Below, piece by piece: positions 25,566 to 38,860 of a stretch of DNA of 64,000 nucleotides. The DNA is from Chrysomallon squamiferum (Eukaryota; Animalia; Mollusca). Within the stretch, counting starts at the first letter, position 1; each line of letters opens with the position of its first letter. The notes under the pieces were generated by a model. The model was not told the DNA's origin. It made no database searches and was given only the letters and a program-made list of their open reading frames with translations. Both the position numbers and the translations under genes were made by a program. The stretch spans positions 18,848,001 to 18,912,000 of the forward strand of contig CM022672.1 of assembly GCA_012295275.1 (NCBI GenBank), in the 5' to 3' direction.

Positions 25566-27530
25566 AGATGGAAGGAGATGACAGTGATGTGTTAAGTAAA
25601 CTTGAGCCAGCTCCTTCAAAGCCAGGAATGGTGGCCAGGCTCCTTGAACTAAAGAAAAGGCGACATCAAATGTCTACTGGTTAGAAATATTAACAGTAAT
25701 TTCTCTATGACAAGTATTTAATTTCTAATAATGTCTGATGTTGATCTTTATTTATATTTTTTTTTATTTTTTTTTTTTTTTTTTTTCATTTTTTCATTTT
25801 TTGTTGTTGACTATTTGAGGTGTGGAAGATAGTGTTTTATTTATTTTTGAATATGTTTCATATGTTTAAAAACAAAACACTGATGGTAACTTTTCCTCTT
25901 TTCTTTGCAGAATGTTGCAGTGGCTGTAAAGCTTCCTTTTCTCCCATCTTGAAAAGACGAGTGAGTTAAAAACAAGACTTTTTCTTAATTTACTATTTTA
26001 ACCATTCTCTTACACAGGATCAAGAAATTATTATTTTTGTGTGCTGCATTATATAATAATAAAATTTGGGTATAAATTATTGTAGGGCATTAAAATAAAA
26101 TAAAAGAAAAAGAAACTTGAGAATAATTTGGCAGTCTGTATATAATCAAGAACAGGGTAAAATGTATACACTTTTTGATTTATTAAAAATAGATGAGAGA
26201 GTTATACAACAGACAATTTTAGTCCAGACACTGTTGATAATAGCGAGTAATGGAATTAAAAAAGTCATGAATCATTCCATTTGTACTTGGACACAATCAT
26301 TTTAAACTGCCACATTGATTGACTAAAGCAGATTGTGTGTATACATTATATTGGGACACCCTTTGTATAACAAAATGCTAAATAATTATAAATTTGGTAT
26401 TTTAACAATAAGAAACAATTATATGTAAATATCTTTAATATTTTTAATATATTTAATACATATACATTTTTTATTTTATTTTAATTCTTTTCAGCATTAT
26501 TGTCGTCACTGTGGAAACCACTTCTGTAACAAATGCTGCAGCAGGAAAGTTCCGAGAGCTGTGTTTGGAGCTACTTGTAAGCACTTAGAATTTTCACTGG
26601 ATAATTACAGCTGTCAGCCGTTTATAAGCAATTGTGATTTATTTGTCATACCAATTATTTTCAGTAGTTTTTATAATTTGTAGCTGAAAATAGCTGCTTA
26701 GCAGTAAAAATGCAATGTAAAACTTTTCAAGACAATTTTTTGGACTTCTTGTTGTTGTTTTTTTTCATTAATTGTAGCTGTTGTAATTAATACTCAGATC
26801 TAAATTGCATCAAAATGGTCTAGTACATTTCTGGTAGTAATAAATTATTGCAAATGTTTTAAAAATATTTTGTTTATGATTTTTTGATAAACAAAAGGAT
26901 TTTTTAAACTTATACACTTTTAAAAATAGAAGACAACCCCATAAAAACATCAGTTTACAAATCTTTTACAAAAGTTTGTATTTATTCAGTTGTTTAACTG
27001 TAATTCTCTTTATAAACATATAACAATTCTTATAATTTATTTTATATATATTTAAATTTGACAGCACTCCACTTTATAAATTATTTTTGTTTTTACAAAT
27101 TTTAACAATCATCTATATAAAAAATAAATTATATAAAATTTAGCAGCATTCCAGTTTATAAATACTTTCTATTTACAAATTTTTAACCATTCTTTTTATT
27201 ATTATTATTATTTTTTTTTTTCATAATTGTTTCTTTTTTTATATAACCTCTAAGATTACTCCTTTTGATGGTTTCTGTTTTACCAATATTTAACAATACT
27301 ACTTTTTATAATCCTTTCTTCTTATATATATATATACACACACACACACATATAAAATTTAAAAATTACCTCTCTTTATTAACAGATTGCATTTTTCACA
27401 GATATGTTCATAAACAGTTTCTTTTTCATCATTTGTTTCAGCACCCGCAGCTCAAACAGAAACTGTTCTGGTGTGTTTAAAGTGTCACCAGCTGCTCACC
27501 AAATCTACTGACAAGGATAAGTTGAGCTGA
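20461..27530 (+). CDS. ZFYVE27: Protrudin (ER membrane protein with C-terminal FYVE domain)
   Basis: Exons 20461-20600, 21140-21210, 21541-21715, 22977-23072, 23539-23651, [inferred microexon 23964-23974], 24130-24228, 24503-24568, 25568-25679, 25911-25960, 26495-26576 and 27442-27530. The translation has DFVLEVERFSKLIEPF..LRRWRIP, hydrophobic segments, SLIQMHDF..LLKWD, an acidic region, and FYVE CSGCKASFSPILKRRHYCRHCGNHFCNKCCSRKVPRAVFGATSPAAQTETVLVCLKCHQLL, collinear with vertebrate protrudin (..KVPKSSMGATAPEAQRETVFVCASC). Confidence 0.9.
20598..20690. repeat. Perfect 45-bp tandem duplication that includes the donor of the first coding exon of ZFYVE27
   Basis: AAGGTAAAATGGAATATTTTGATTCACAGTTGTTATTTGTTGTAC at 20598-20642 and 20643-20687. 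Confidence 0.95.
22018..22674 (+). mobile_element. Non-autonomous Tigger/pogo-type (Tc1-mariner superfamily) DNA transposon in a ZFYVE27 intron
   Basis: Terminal inverted repeats CAG(A/T)GGTACCTCGACTTA...TAAGTCAAGGTACCACTG, flanked by TA within TA repeats. Decayed transposase N-terminus MDPKKVTTKDSAEKTKLMMSIELKLEFIEKHE*GV (HTH-psq/CENP-B-like) from ~22224. Confidence 0.85.
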
Positions 27531-30419
27531 CCTCATCCTTCAGCCATTCTTTGTCACCAGTGCAAGCTTTTGTTGTCTTTCCGTCACACAAAACTTGACA
27601 GTCACGTCTTAGAGAAAGCAAGGAATCTACTCTTCACTTCTGTTATACCTTGACTCAAAAAGATGTCTGCATGAGAAAAACTGGTGAACGAGAAGTGTTA
27701 AAACTTTATGAAAACAGAAGGAGCTGAAAAAGAATGTGGAAAAAGATATGTAAAGAAAGAAGTAGAGAAAGACAGTTAAGCATAGTTTTTGTTTTTTCAC
27801 TTGCATCCCTTTCATTTGTTCTCTGTAGTCAAACTTTTTTTGTTAAGAAACTATTTTTTTTTTTTTAAACTTCTTATATTTCAGTGTCCAGAAATAGAAA
27901 AATAACCATAGTTAAATTTGCTGTTGTCATTTTTCTTAACTACAAGGATTGCACTGGAAATAAGTTTGTTGCTTTATTTCTACTTTTTCTCTAAATCCTT
28001 GGATATAATTTTTTTGCTCTAGACAAGTGTAAATGGTCAGTTGTTGTTAAGTGTTTAAGTCACTTTTATTTAATAGATAAACATAGCTGTTTAAAGAAAT
28101 ATTTTCTTTAAATAACTGGAGTGGTCACATTCTGTCACATGTGATAGTTGCCTGGGTGTAGATTAGAAGCTCGTATTAAGTCTCTTGTTAAATGATAATT
28201 CATTTTCTGTAACACGGGCAAAGTCTTTACTTGGTTTAACTTTTTAACTATGTTACTACAGCAGAACCCCACCTTGACAAAAATGTCTGACCTTTCTATA
28301 TTTCTTTTATTTTTATTGAATCAGTTATTATTCAGAATGAAAAGTGCTGGCCACACTGTTGTATTACATTATTAACTTATTTATTTTTACATTTTTTATT
28401 ATTTTATTTTTGATTTTGAGATTTTAAATAGTGGGGTTTTTTTTTAAAGTTTTTAAAGCATTTTTGTTGTTGTTTATTTAACAACAATAGCAGCCTTCTG
28501 CAAAATGGCTGGAGGCATTGTGGCTTATTAATGGTAACATAGAATGACAGGAATATAGTTTAAGCCTGCATTTTATGTGATCAGGATTTATAACAAGGCA
28601 TTTGCCCATTCTAGTTTTTATTGAATTATTTTGATGGATTGACTGTCATATCTGGCAAAATATACTTCTTTTTGTTTGATAGTATAAATAGCCAGATGTT
28701 TAGATTTAGACATTGTGCTTTCAATCAGTGCCTATATACAAGAACCGGGTTAAAAGAAATGTTATTAGAAATAAATCAAGTCTTTCACTAGCTGACATAT
28801 TGCATTGGCTTCTTTTAAAAGTGTTTGTTATGTGTTTTGAATGTTGTGATCTACTATTTTTTTATCCTACTGGTGTGATACTGTAAAAGATAACTAATGC
28901 TGTAATCTGCTTACATTTTTAACTATGTATTTAACATTTATACTAGATCAAACAATAAGGTTTCTTTTTACTTTTAGACATTTCTATTTTAATTTTACAA
29001 TTTTTTTTTTTTTTTTTTTGACATTAAATCAAACAAGTGCACTAAAATTTGTGCAATCTCTTGATGTAATTTTTTTTTTTTTAAAGAAAGATATTTACTT
29101 GTGTTATTAACAGATAATATCCGAGATAGTATATCTGTGGTATCGTAACAGCTCAACACTTTTAATGTGTTGCAGTGTTTTAAATAGAAAAAAAATCACT
29201 CTGATACATTTGCTTGCTTGTTTTCTCTCAATTTTTTTTAGATGTATGTGTGTTTTAATTTTTAATTTTAAATTTTATTTTAGTTTAAATTTTATTATTA
29301 TTGTTTTTGGGGTTTTTTTTAATGTGTTTCAGAAATAATATTGACAAATGAACATTTAATTAAAAAAAAAAATACTCTGGATATGTAACATTAGTATTTT
29401 TAATCTGTTCTTGAGGAAAGTCAATATACTATGGGGATGGATATAGACTAAAGTTTTAGTTCAGACTCTTTGTGCTCCATTCAGAGCTGGTCATGACAGC
29501 AAAAAATCTAGTCATTTTCCATTTTTTATTTTTTTAAAGTTAATATTTATTATTCATGTGTTTTTAAATTGTATGGGACCAGTCTTTAGGATTTTAACAA
29601 GTTTTAAAAAGATATTGAAATATTTTTATTTATTTAATTATTTATATATTTTGCATTGTTATTTTACAAAAGGTTATCAGGCTGCTCTGATTATTATTCA
29701 TTTTGCTATATTACATTTATATTTTTGACTTATAAAAGAACAAACATATATATATATATATATATTTACACACACATAGACCAATTTATCAACTATTGGT
29801 AATAGAAGACATAATGTTAGTTATCTTTAACATATGGATAGACAGACAGATAGATATTTAAAAAAATATATATATATTCCTCATATAACAGAAGATAGAA
29901 TTAGATATTCAAATAAGCTTTTAATTAGAAAACACCATTAGATATGGGAATAAAAAAAATAATTTAATTTAATGTTTTTGTGTAATGTATATATACTGAA
30001 ATAATTTGTTTTTAAATTATTTTGTCATTTAACTTCCTATTTCTCTCATCCTGCCAAGTACACAGTGATATATTCATATATACTTTACATGAAGTAACTG
30101 ATTGTATACAATTATTTAAATATTAATCTTTGTAAACTGTTGAAATATTTTCTTTCTGTGGTCATTTTTCTTACTTACATATATTTCATTTGAAGTTTTT
30201 GAAGAAAAAAAGGAAAATGGAAAAAACAGTATTATTGGTTTGTTATATATATATTTTTTTTAATTAATTTTTTTTTTTTTTTTTTTTTTTTTATATATAT
30301 TTTAATTTTTCATCTTTTTATTATTTATTTATTTTAATTTTTTTTTTTTTTTTCGTTTTATTGTTTGCCATTCACACATACACACACACATATATATATA
30401 TATATAGTTTTATTTTTTA

Positions 30420-30464
<45 letters not shown>

Positions 30465-30845
30465 TTTAAATAACTATTGATTAAGAGCAAGAATTTTAAA
30501 AAAAATCTTTATTTAGTTTCTTTTATGTATATTTATTTATTTCAACAGTTTCACATGCATGTGCATTTTAAAAATATAACTATTTCTTGATATGGAACAC
30601 AAATCATATTTCTTATTTATAGTTGAATATTCATTTTGATTTATTATTATATCACATACTTTTTTCTTTTATTTTCACCCCATTTATTCATATTTAACAG
30701 AAATCCCATATTTGTTTTTTCATAAATATTACATATTATGTTTTGATGATGGATCTTATTAATATTAATCTTTTTGGTCCTGGGTACATTACAGTTTATT
30801 AAATTATAAGTATAAATGTACCTTTTTTTTTTTTCTCATTTATTT

Positions 30846-30902
<57 letters not shown>

Positions 30903-31168
30903 ATATTTGTACAAATATATAGATATATATAATATCAGTATATTAGTGTATTTTAAGTTACACAAATCGTTAAATACTTAGCAATACCGGGCAAGCAAAT
31001 GAAGAAGAAAATTATATTTAATATTTTTATTGTTTCTTTTTATCATAAAAGTACACATTACATCTATATACAGTTTTATTAATATGTTTTTTTACAAAAT
31101 TTAAATAATTTTTATATTTGTCTGAAAAAATATATATCTAGTTTACTAAGAAGTAAACATACATGCTT

Positions 31169-31212
<44 letters not shown>

Positions 31213-33798
31213 CTGTACAAAAATCAAAATATATGTTTTACATAGTTTCATTTTTAAATATTAAAATATATGTGATCAAAAAAAAACACTGAGTATACTT
31301 TTAAATTAAGATATATATATATAACTTATTGACAGCAGAATGAATTATTTTAATCAAACAATTATTTTCATGTTTGTTTTGTTGTGTTGAATCTAGTCCA
31401 CAGATTTGTATCTTTTAAGCAATACTGTTTTTTCATTTTTCAAAATATGTTAAAAAAATATATATATATATATTGTGTAAATATTCATGTGTAGAGTGAG
31501 GTTTTAAACAATACATACGACTTGATCATTTTTAACAGTGTTATTCATAATTTTAAATTAGATTCTCCAATTTGTGTATATGCTTTCATTAATAACATAA
31601 AAGTTTTTTTTAGGTTTTTTCAATTATTATTTGCAACATTTGTTTTCATTGCGTACATTTAGTTAGTTATATTAGTGATCTTATGAAATTGTGCAGTTTT
31701 ACTTTATGCAGTATTTTTATTAATTTGTTTATAGTCTGTTTATTTGTGATAAAATATCTGTCAGTTTTATTCGTTTGCACGAGTGAGACTAATGACAAAA
31801 GAGAAATATATATATATATATAAATATATGTGTGTATATATTTTTTTTCTTCTTCTTCTTCTTTTTTCAATAGTGTCACTGTGACCATCAAGTAATATTT
31901 GTGTGTGTGCATGCGTGTGTGTGCATGCGTGTGTGTGTGCATGCGTGCACATTCCTGTACAGAAAATTAACTCAAAAGTCATACAGACAACAGTGAAATC
32001 GTTCACACCCTCAGACAAATACAGACCTAATTTATTCATTCATTTCCAATTATCTTTTTTAAAAATTAACGTAATCACTGTATGCTACAGATGACCCAGA
32101 ATAAGCTTCCAGTAACATTTTAACCCAGACAATTGCAGCTGTTCTCTTATCATGTGTTTCAACATACAAATGTATTGCACGTCTTTTTTTTTTTATAACT
32201 AATATATGGCAGACAGAAACAAATATATACTATCCTCAGATTAAGCAAGTATAGTATTAATACTTTTTGCACTGAAATTATAAAACTTTTTTATTATTAT
32301 TATTTTTTTTTTTTTTTTTTTTTAATTATTATCGCTGCAACATAGAATAGGATAGAATGAAAACTAAAATATGTGCTGTATGTCTGTGATTTCCCTGTGA
32401 TTTTTTTTTTTTTTTTTTTTTTTTTTTATTTTATTTATTTATTTACCTTGACAATCAGCTTGTGCCTGTGGAAAACGTTTCAAAAACAAATTGTTTTTTA
32501 ATTTTTTTTATATTTAACAAATTTACATTATTCTTATACATGTATAAAGAATTTTTCAAATTACAGAAGAAAAATTAACTAATATTTTTACCCTCTGTTA
32601 TTTACAGGTTTTATAGATAAAATTATGAATAAAACTGCCAACTCTTTTTTTTCTTTCTTTCTCCCCATCCCTCCAAATTATGTGTGTGCGTGTGTGTGTG
32701 ATAGTTTTCAGATGAGTCAAGGCGTGAAGTATTAGCAGAATAGAATTTTTTAAACTATGTATTTGTTGTTGCATATATCTCTTTTGTGTCATTATCATAA
32801 ATATTTTATCTGTAATAGCTGTTACATTTGTGTGAAATCATTTGTCATTTTTAGTAAAGCATTTTAAAATGTTCGTTCTTATTAAAATCTTTTCTCTTAC
32901 GAATATTTTGTTTGTTTATTTTTAGTCATCACAACTGTATTTATTTTAAATATATATATATATTTTTTTTTAATTTGATCATGTACAATAAAATGCACAT
33001 GTTAAAATTCTCGTACCTGATTTGAATCGTTCCAGTTAAGCACACTTGCTGAGTTAGTCACACTCAAATTACGCACGAACCCAAACACGAAATGACGATC
33101 GAATTCGTATATACAGCATCAAAAAAAATAAAAAATCTAAGAAAGAAAACAAATATATGAGAGGACGCAATTCGCCTTAAGCCTTTTTCATTTGCATGTA
33201 CATTAATAAAAATAAATAAATAATAATAATAATAATAATAAATAAAAATAAAAGTTTGACACAAGAGTAGTTCGACTTCAGCTTTTCATTTACTTCCAGA
33301 ATAATTTTCCATTAGTTCCTACTTCCTCGTGGAAATAATGTTTTCTTATTTCAGTGGTTATTTGTTGTGACAGAGGAATGTGCCTCATTATTGCAGACAT
33401 GCACAAGCTGTTACTGTTTTTAACGTCTGTGGCAATATGATAATTACATCAATTCTCGTTAAAATCGGAATGCAATGTATAGTGTGTATATATATATATA
33501 TATATATATAGATAGATAACAAAAATAATAGTATATTTCCTTAATAAAGTGATGGAATATATTATTTTTTTTAATTTTAGTTTTACATTTTACATTTTCC
33601 TCGTCTAAATAACTCAGTAACAAAGCACTCGCACGCGGAAAAATTGTAACAGGATAAATGTTTCTCAGTGCGCTCATTAACATGTTTTGCATTCCAGCCA
33701 GTGTAACATGACTATGCACCAAAACCTATATAAGCAATTTTCTCAGTGCAAAAGAAATGCATGCATATATATATATGTATGTATGTATGTATATACAC

Positions 33799-33849
<51 letters not shown>

Positions 33850-34584
33850 CAGTGGTACCTTGACTTAAGAGTTTAATTTGTTCCATGACCGAGCTGTAAC
33901 TCAATTTGCTCGTATATCAAATCAATTTTCCCAAATGAAATTAACTGAAATACCATTAATCCGTTCCAGCCCCCCAAATATCACCCCATTTTTTGTAATA
34001 TGTTTTTTAAATAAGAAAAATGTGTAAATGACAAATATTGTATAAAAACAAAATAAAAGAGAAAGTAAAGAAATAAACTGGTTTTGTAAAGTGTACTGGG
34101 TTCTGGTTTCTCATTCTTTTCATGGACAGAGGTCTGCAGCTTAGAAATTATTCTAACGCCTTTGGCTGGAGTTATAACCTTTATCGACTCCTTCTGCTTC
34201 AGTATTGTACATATCGCAAAAGTACTATGCTTATAATGCCTAGCCATGTTGACTACACGCACACCTCGCTATTTCATGTGTTATTTCAATGGACATCATC
34301 GGCTTCTTCTCAACACTATCTTTTGCACTCACGTTTTTAGGATCCCTGGATATTTGGCAAAATACTGCACAAAACGCGAGAACAACACAACAGAGATGCT
34401 TCCACGGCGAAATAACCACGTGAAGCAAACGAATGAGACTTGGGATGCTGGGCGGATGTTGTGTTATTCGAAGCTCGCTCGTAACTCGGATATTGGCTCG
34501 CAAATCAAAGCAAATACCGACTGGGCGACTGCTCGTAACTCGAAAAACTTGTAAGTTGGGCACTTGTAACTCGAGGTACCACTG
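33850..34584 (-). mobile_element. Second copy of the same Tigger/pogo-type element, opposite orientation
   Basis: TIRs CAGTGGTACCTTGACTTA...GTAACTCGAGGTACCACTG with TA flanks. Minus-strand remnants DPKNVSAKDSVEKKPMMSIEI and MRVVNMARHYKHSTFAICTILKQKESIK. It is collinear with the 22018-22674 copy. Confidence 0.88.
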
Positions 34585-35869
34585 TATATGTGTATATATA
34601 TGTATGTGCGTGTGTGTTTGTGTGTGTGTATGTATGCATGTATGTATGCGTCTGTATATATGTGTATGTAATACATGTGTGTGTGTGTGTGGCGCCAGTG
34701 TATATGTATGTATGTATGTATTATGTCACCTCTATACTGACAATGGGCGTCATTTATTTACATCTTAATAAAGAACTGAATCCACATTCACAAAAATGTA
34801 CTTACTAATTTACTTAATCGTAAATTTACGACAGACGTAATTTTCAGTCGTAAAAACGGAACATTTGTAGACCCTTTTCTTGTTCTTAACATAATCTTCT
34901 CAATTAAGATATTATATAATGAAACTTGCTGTTAATCCTAATCTGATCTGTCTGTTGTTTACAGCGTTATTTTACAAAAATTATTTGAAAAAAAAAACAT
35001 TTCCTAATAGAATACGTAAAAAAAAGGTCAGAGACAAGTTCTGGTTTATTTTGTCTCAATTTTTCTTTTCCAACCGTTTCACAGTTTTCAATTAAATCTT
35101 CAAATAAAGATACTTTTATATTCCTAAATTTAAATTTACACATACGTCTCTCACACAGAACAAATTGTGTTTTCTCTCTAATTATTCTTTCAAACTATTA
35201 AAAATTATAACTATCTTGGACAGACAACATCCCGAATTGTGTCCACAAGGCACATGTGTATTATCAACCTCCAAAATGTTCTCTGTGTCTGTGATTTTCC
35301 CGTGTTTTTATTGACTTTTATTTATTTATTTATTTTTTGGTATTTTTTATATTTTTTTTATTATATTTTTTATTTTATTTATTATATTTGGGGATTTTTT
35401 TGTTTATCTCAACAGTAAGTTTGTGCCTGCAGCATACGTTCCATTAAACCAGAGATAAAACATTTCATTTAAAAAAAAAAAAAACTAATAATACTGATGA
35501 AAATACTTCTGAAACTTTGATTCTTTGCCATAAAAGTTGTTTGCTTGTTTATGACAAACACATTACCTGGTTTAATTAAGACCAAGAGAATGTTTGCAAC
35601 TGATTAAATGCAGGTGATCTGTTTACAGTTTTTTGTGAGAAAGTTTGTTTTTGGTGTTTTTAGTTCGGTGACTACACAAGACCATTACCAATAAATAAAC
35701 CAGCTAAATATGTCGGTTTAAATTAACCACATCCTGTTAATTCGCAGCTTCATTTTTTTTTTTTTTTTTGTTATTTTAGGTACCAGCCATCATTCATTGC
35801 TAATTGGTTTGTCTTGAATGAACTAAAGTGCACATTATTTTAAACTAAACTTAATTATGTTATTATCTA

Positions 35870-36020
35870 CAGGCCTATCTCCAGTTCTGGGCAGTGTCCT
35901 GCAACTGGTTTTATTAAATACGTTATATCTGCTGTCTGCGAGAAGGCGAAAATGAAATATGTTTCTTGCTGCTAATCTCTAAGATAAACCATCCAGTAAA
36001 GGTAGCAAATATTTTCTCTC
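35870..36020 (+). mobile_element. Possible decayed SINE remnant (similar fragments at ~54750-54860 and ~60795-60870)
   Basis: Segments such as CTGTCTG...ATATGTTTCTTGCTGCTAAT, and GAGGGAGAAAATCTGCTGC...CAAGGGAATTTTTAT...CAGAC at the second site in reverse orientation, resemble a molluscan SINE core as recalled from memory. Heavily diverged. Confidence 0.3.
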
Positions 36021-36037
36021 TAACTTTATATAATAAC

Positions 36038-36095
<58 letters not shown>

Positions 36096-36174
36096 TCGAA
36101 TTCCTTTAAAAAATACTTAGTCTCTTTTTTTTTTTTTTGTTTTTTTGTTATTGCCATAGTCGTAGTAGGAGCAT

Positions 36175-36440
36175 ATGTTTATGAATGTATGTATGTCTGT
36201 ATATATTTGTGTGCATATGTATGTATGTATGTATTTTGTCTGTCTGTATGTATGTATGTATGTGTGTGTATGTATGTATGTATGTATGTGTATATATGTC
36301 TGTATGTATGTATGTATGTATGTGTGTGTGTGCGTATGTATGTGTGTATGTATGTATGCATATATAAATATATACAGATATAGATATAGATGTAGATAGA
36401 TACAGATATATAAATACAGATACAGATATAGATATATCTC
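36175..36440. repeat. Compound (TATG)n/(TG)n/(TAGATA)n microsatellite
   Basis: Directly visible; it is the source of several spurious ORFs. Confidence 0.9.
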
Positions 36441-38002
36441 TGGTGTTCTTTTTTCTAAGGGTTTTACGAGGATTTTCCATTCAGTCCTTTCAGCTACCCC
36501 TATAATGCACTTTGATACGTTTTCTTTACAAATAAACATCTTTCATCATCAGCATTACTGATTCTGCTCCTGTGACTACTTTATCCTACCGCACTTATAA
36601 AAGACTGCTGTTTTAAACCGTTCGAGGTTTAAAAATTCTGGCTGGAGTAAGTAGATACATTTGTCATACTTCTGCTAACCTGAGAGCAGACAGACCTCAA
36701 ACAGCGATTTTAAACAGTATGTCTTTCGTAAATCTTGGAAAAAAACCTGTATAAATTTTGTTTTATTAAGATTTCTCTGTCGAGCAAAAACTGGTTATCT
36801 TCTAATTTCCATTCACAGCGTATGGTCTTAGTAAGCAACTTCAGGTTCTTTATGTGAGATTATATTGCTGACGGTAAAATTTGTGATTACGTGTGATAAA
36901 GAAGCTTGAATTAGAGTGAGCGGGTTTTCTATCTTAAAACATCGTTTACAGAAGAAGGAAAATTTATGAAGCCTCTTGTAATTTCACACTGTATATTTAC
37001 AGTTGCTTCTTTCATTCTTCCAGTTTTGCCTGGAAAACCACGTTCACGTACATATGTTTCGATAATAATAATAATAGTGGTAGTAGTACATCGCTATACC
37101 CTTTGCCAAGTTTAAAGAGGGTCACACAGAAATATATATTAAATGATAGGGTTAATAATTAAAAAAATATATTAATAAAAATAAAAATAAATAATAATAA
37201 AACAGAATCGTTAGTCACAGTACTTACAAAGTCGGCATCAGACCATTTTGCGCCCTAGACAGCGCCATCTACTTGAATCCACCATCACAGGACAAACAAA
37301 CAAAAAAAAACAAAAAAAAATTATCAAAAATGAATTTGCCAATTTTAGAAACATATTTTGCAGAAAAAAATAAATAGCATCAAACTCGAAACTGTCAAAT
37401 TTATTTTAAATTGCAAGAACAATTACCACAAGATGCCAACAGTAGCAATACAAATTAAAGACAGGGTTTCCATTAACAAGCCTGTTGCCTTATTAACCCC
37501 ATACTTTGGGACATACTGATTTTCCCTTAAGAACATATGACAAATTGGTTTACGTTTAACAGTAATGTTAGTATTGAAAACAACAAACTGGTTATGAATT
37601 AGAAATGAACTGTCTATAAGCCATTATGATCCATGAACCATTACTGATATATTTTCCTTTTATTGTGTGTGTGTGTGTGTGTGGCTTTTTCTTTTTTTGT
37701 TTTTTTTTTTTTGTATTTTTGTATTTTTGTATTTTTTTTTTCCTTCAAACGAACTGATACAAAACTGTGATCCCTGAATGTCAGCAATGCACGGCTGAAC
37801 CATTGTTCTGTAGTCATGACGTACAGCATGCATCAGTTCGCTCTGAAGTTTCTTCTACAGCAAGGAAACGCTCAGTCAGAAATGTAGATGTTACGACTTC
37901 TCCAGTTGTCAAAACTGTATTGGCGTCGTTCATTAGTTTTTTTATCGCTGTCAGTAATATTAATATTTCATTTTATTCATTAACAATTAATGATAGATGA
38001 CC

Positions 38003-38040
<38 letters not shown>

Positions 38041-38802
38041 TTTTTTAAACCATTTATTCGTACCTCTATGGGTATATTCTTTAAAGCAAGAATCGTTGTT
38101 TGTCTGCTGTTTCGTTTTTTGCTAATAAAACGCCAGTAATGCATTAAACCGCCCGTTAAACCAAAACTATGCATTCCTAACATCAGTAGCGTTCAAGTTT
38201 ACTTTAGAAGCTGAGCGGAGCAGCGTAGGAACGTAATAAATATAATGATAATGATTGTGTTCGCTACGATACGCTCGATTAACTTTTCCTATTTCACGAT
38301 TAGTCCATCCCGCCGCGGAATACCGTGTTTTTCGCATCGTTTCTTTGAACTTGCAATCCCCTTTCTCTGCCTCCATCCTATCTGTTTCATAGAGGAATTA
38401 TGAGCAAAGCTATTTTTGTACGTCTTATCTGACATTCTGAAAGAAAAAAAACGGTTCTGAAAGCGAGTTAAGTCTTCTCACCGGAGATAAAGATGTGTCG
38501 TAACTGATTATTGTGCCGGTAAGCACTTGTTTTCGCAGCATATTGCGTAAATCAAAGTACACGGATGAAGAACGATGCTTGTGGAATTACCTTACTAGGA
38601 TATCCGTAATTAAATTGTTTCCGACGAAATAAATCATAGCATAAAATGATCAGATTAATTTTAAAACCAAAACAAGAAAAGAAAAAAAAAATACTTATAG
38701 TATTATCAGCTTTTACGTGATATTGCTTGGTAGTTTTGTATGTTTTTATTTTTTTTATTTTTTTATTTTATTTTTTGTTGTTGTTGTTGTTGTTGTTGTG
38801 TG

Positions 38803-38860
<58 letters not shown>

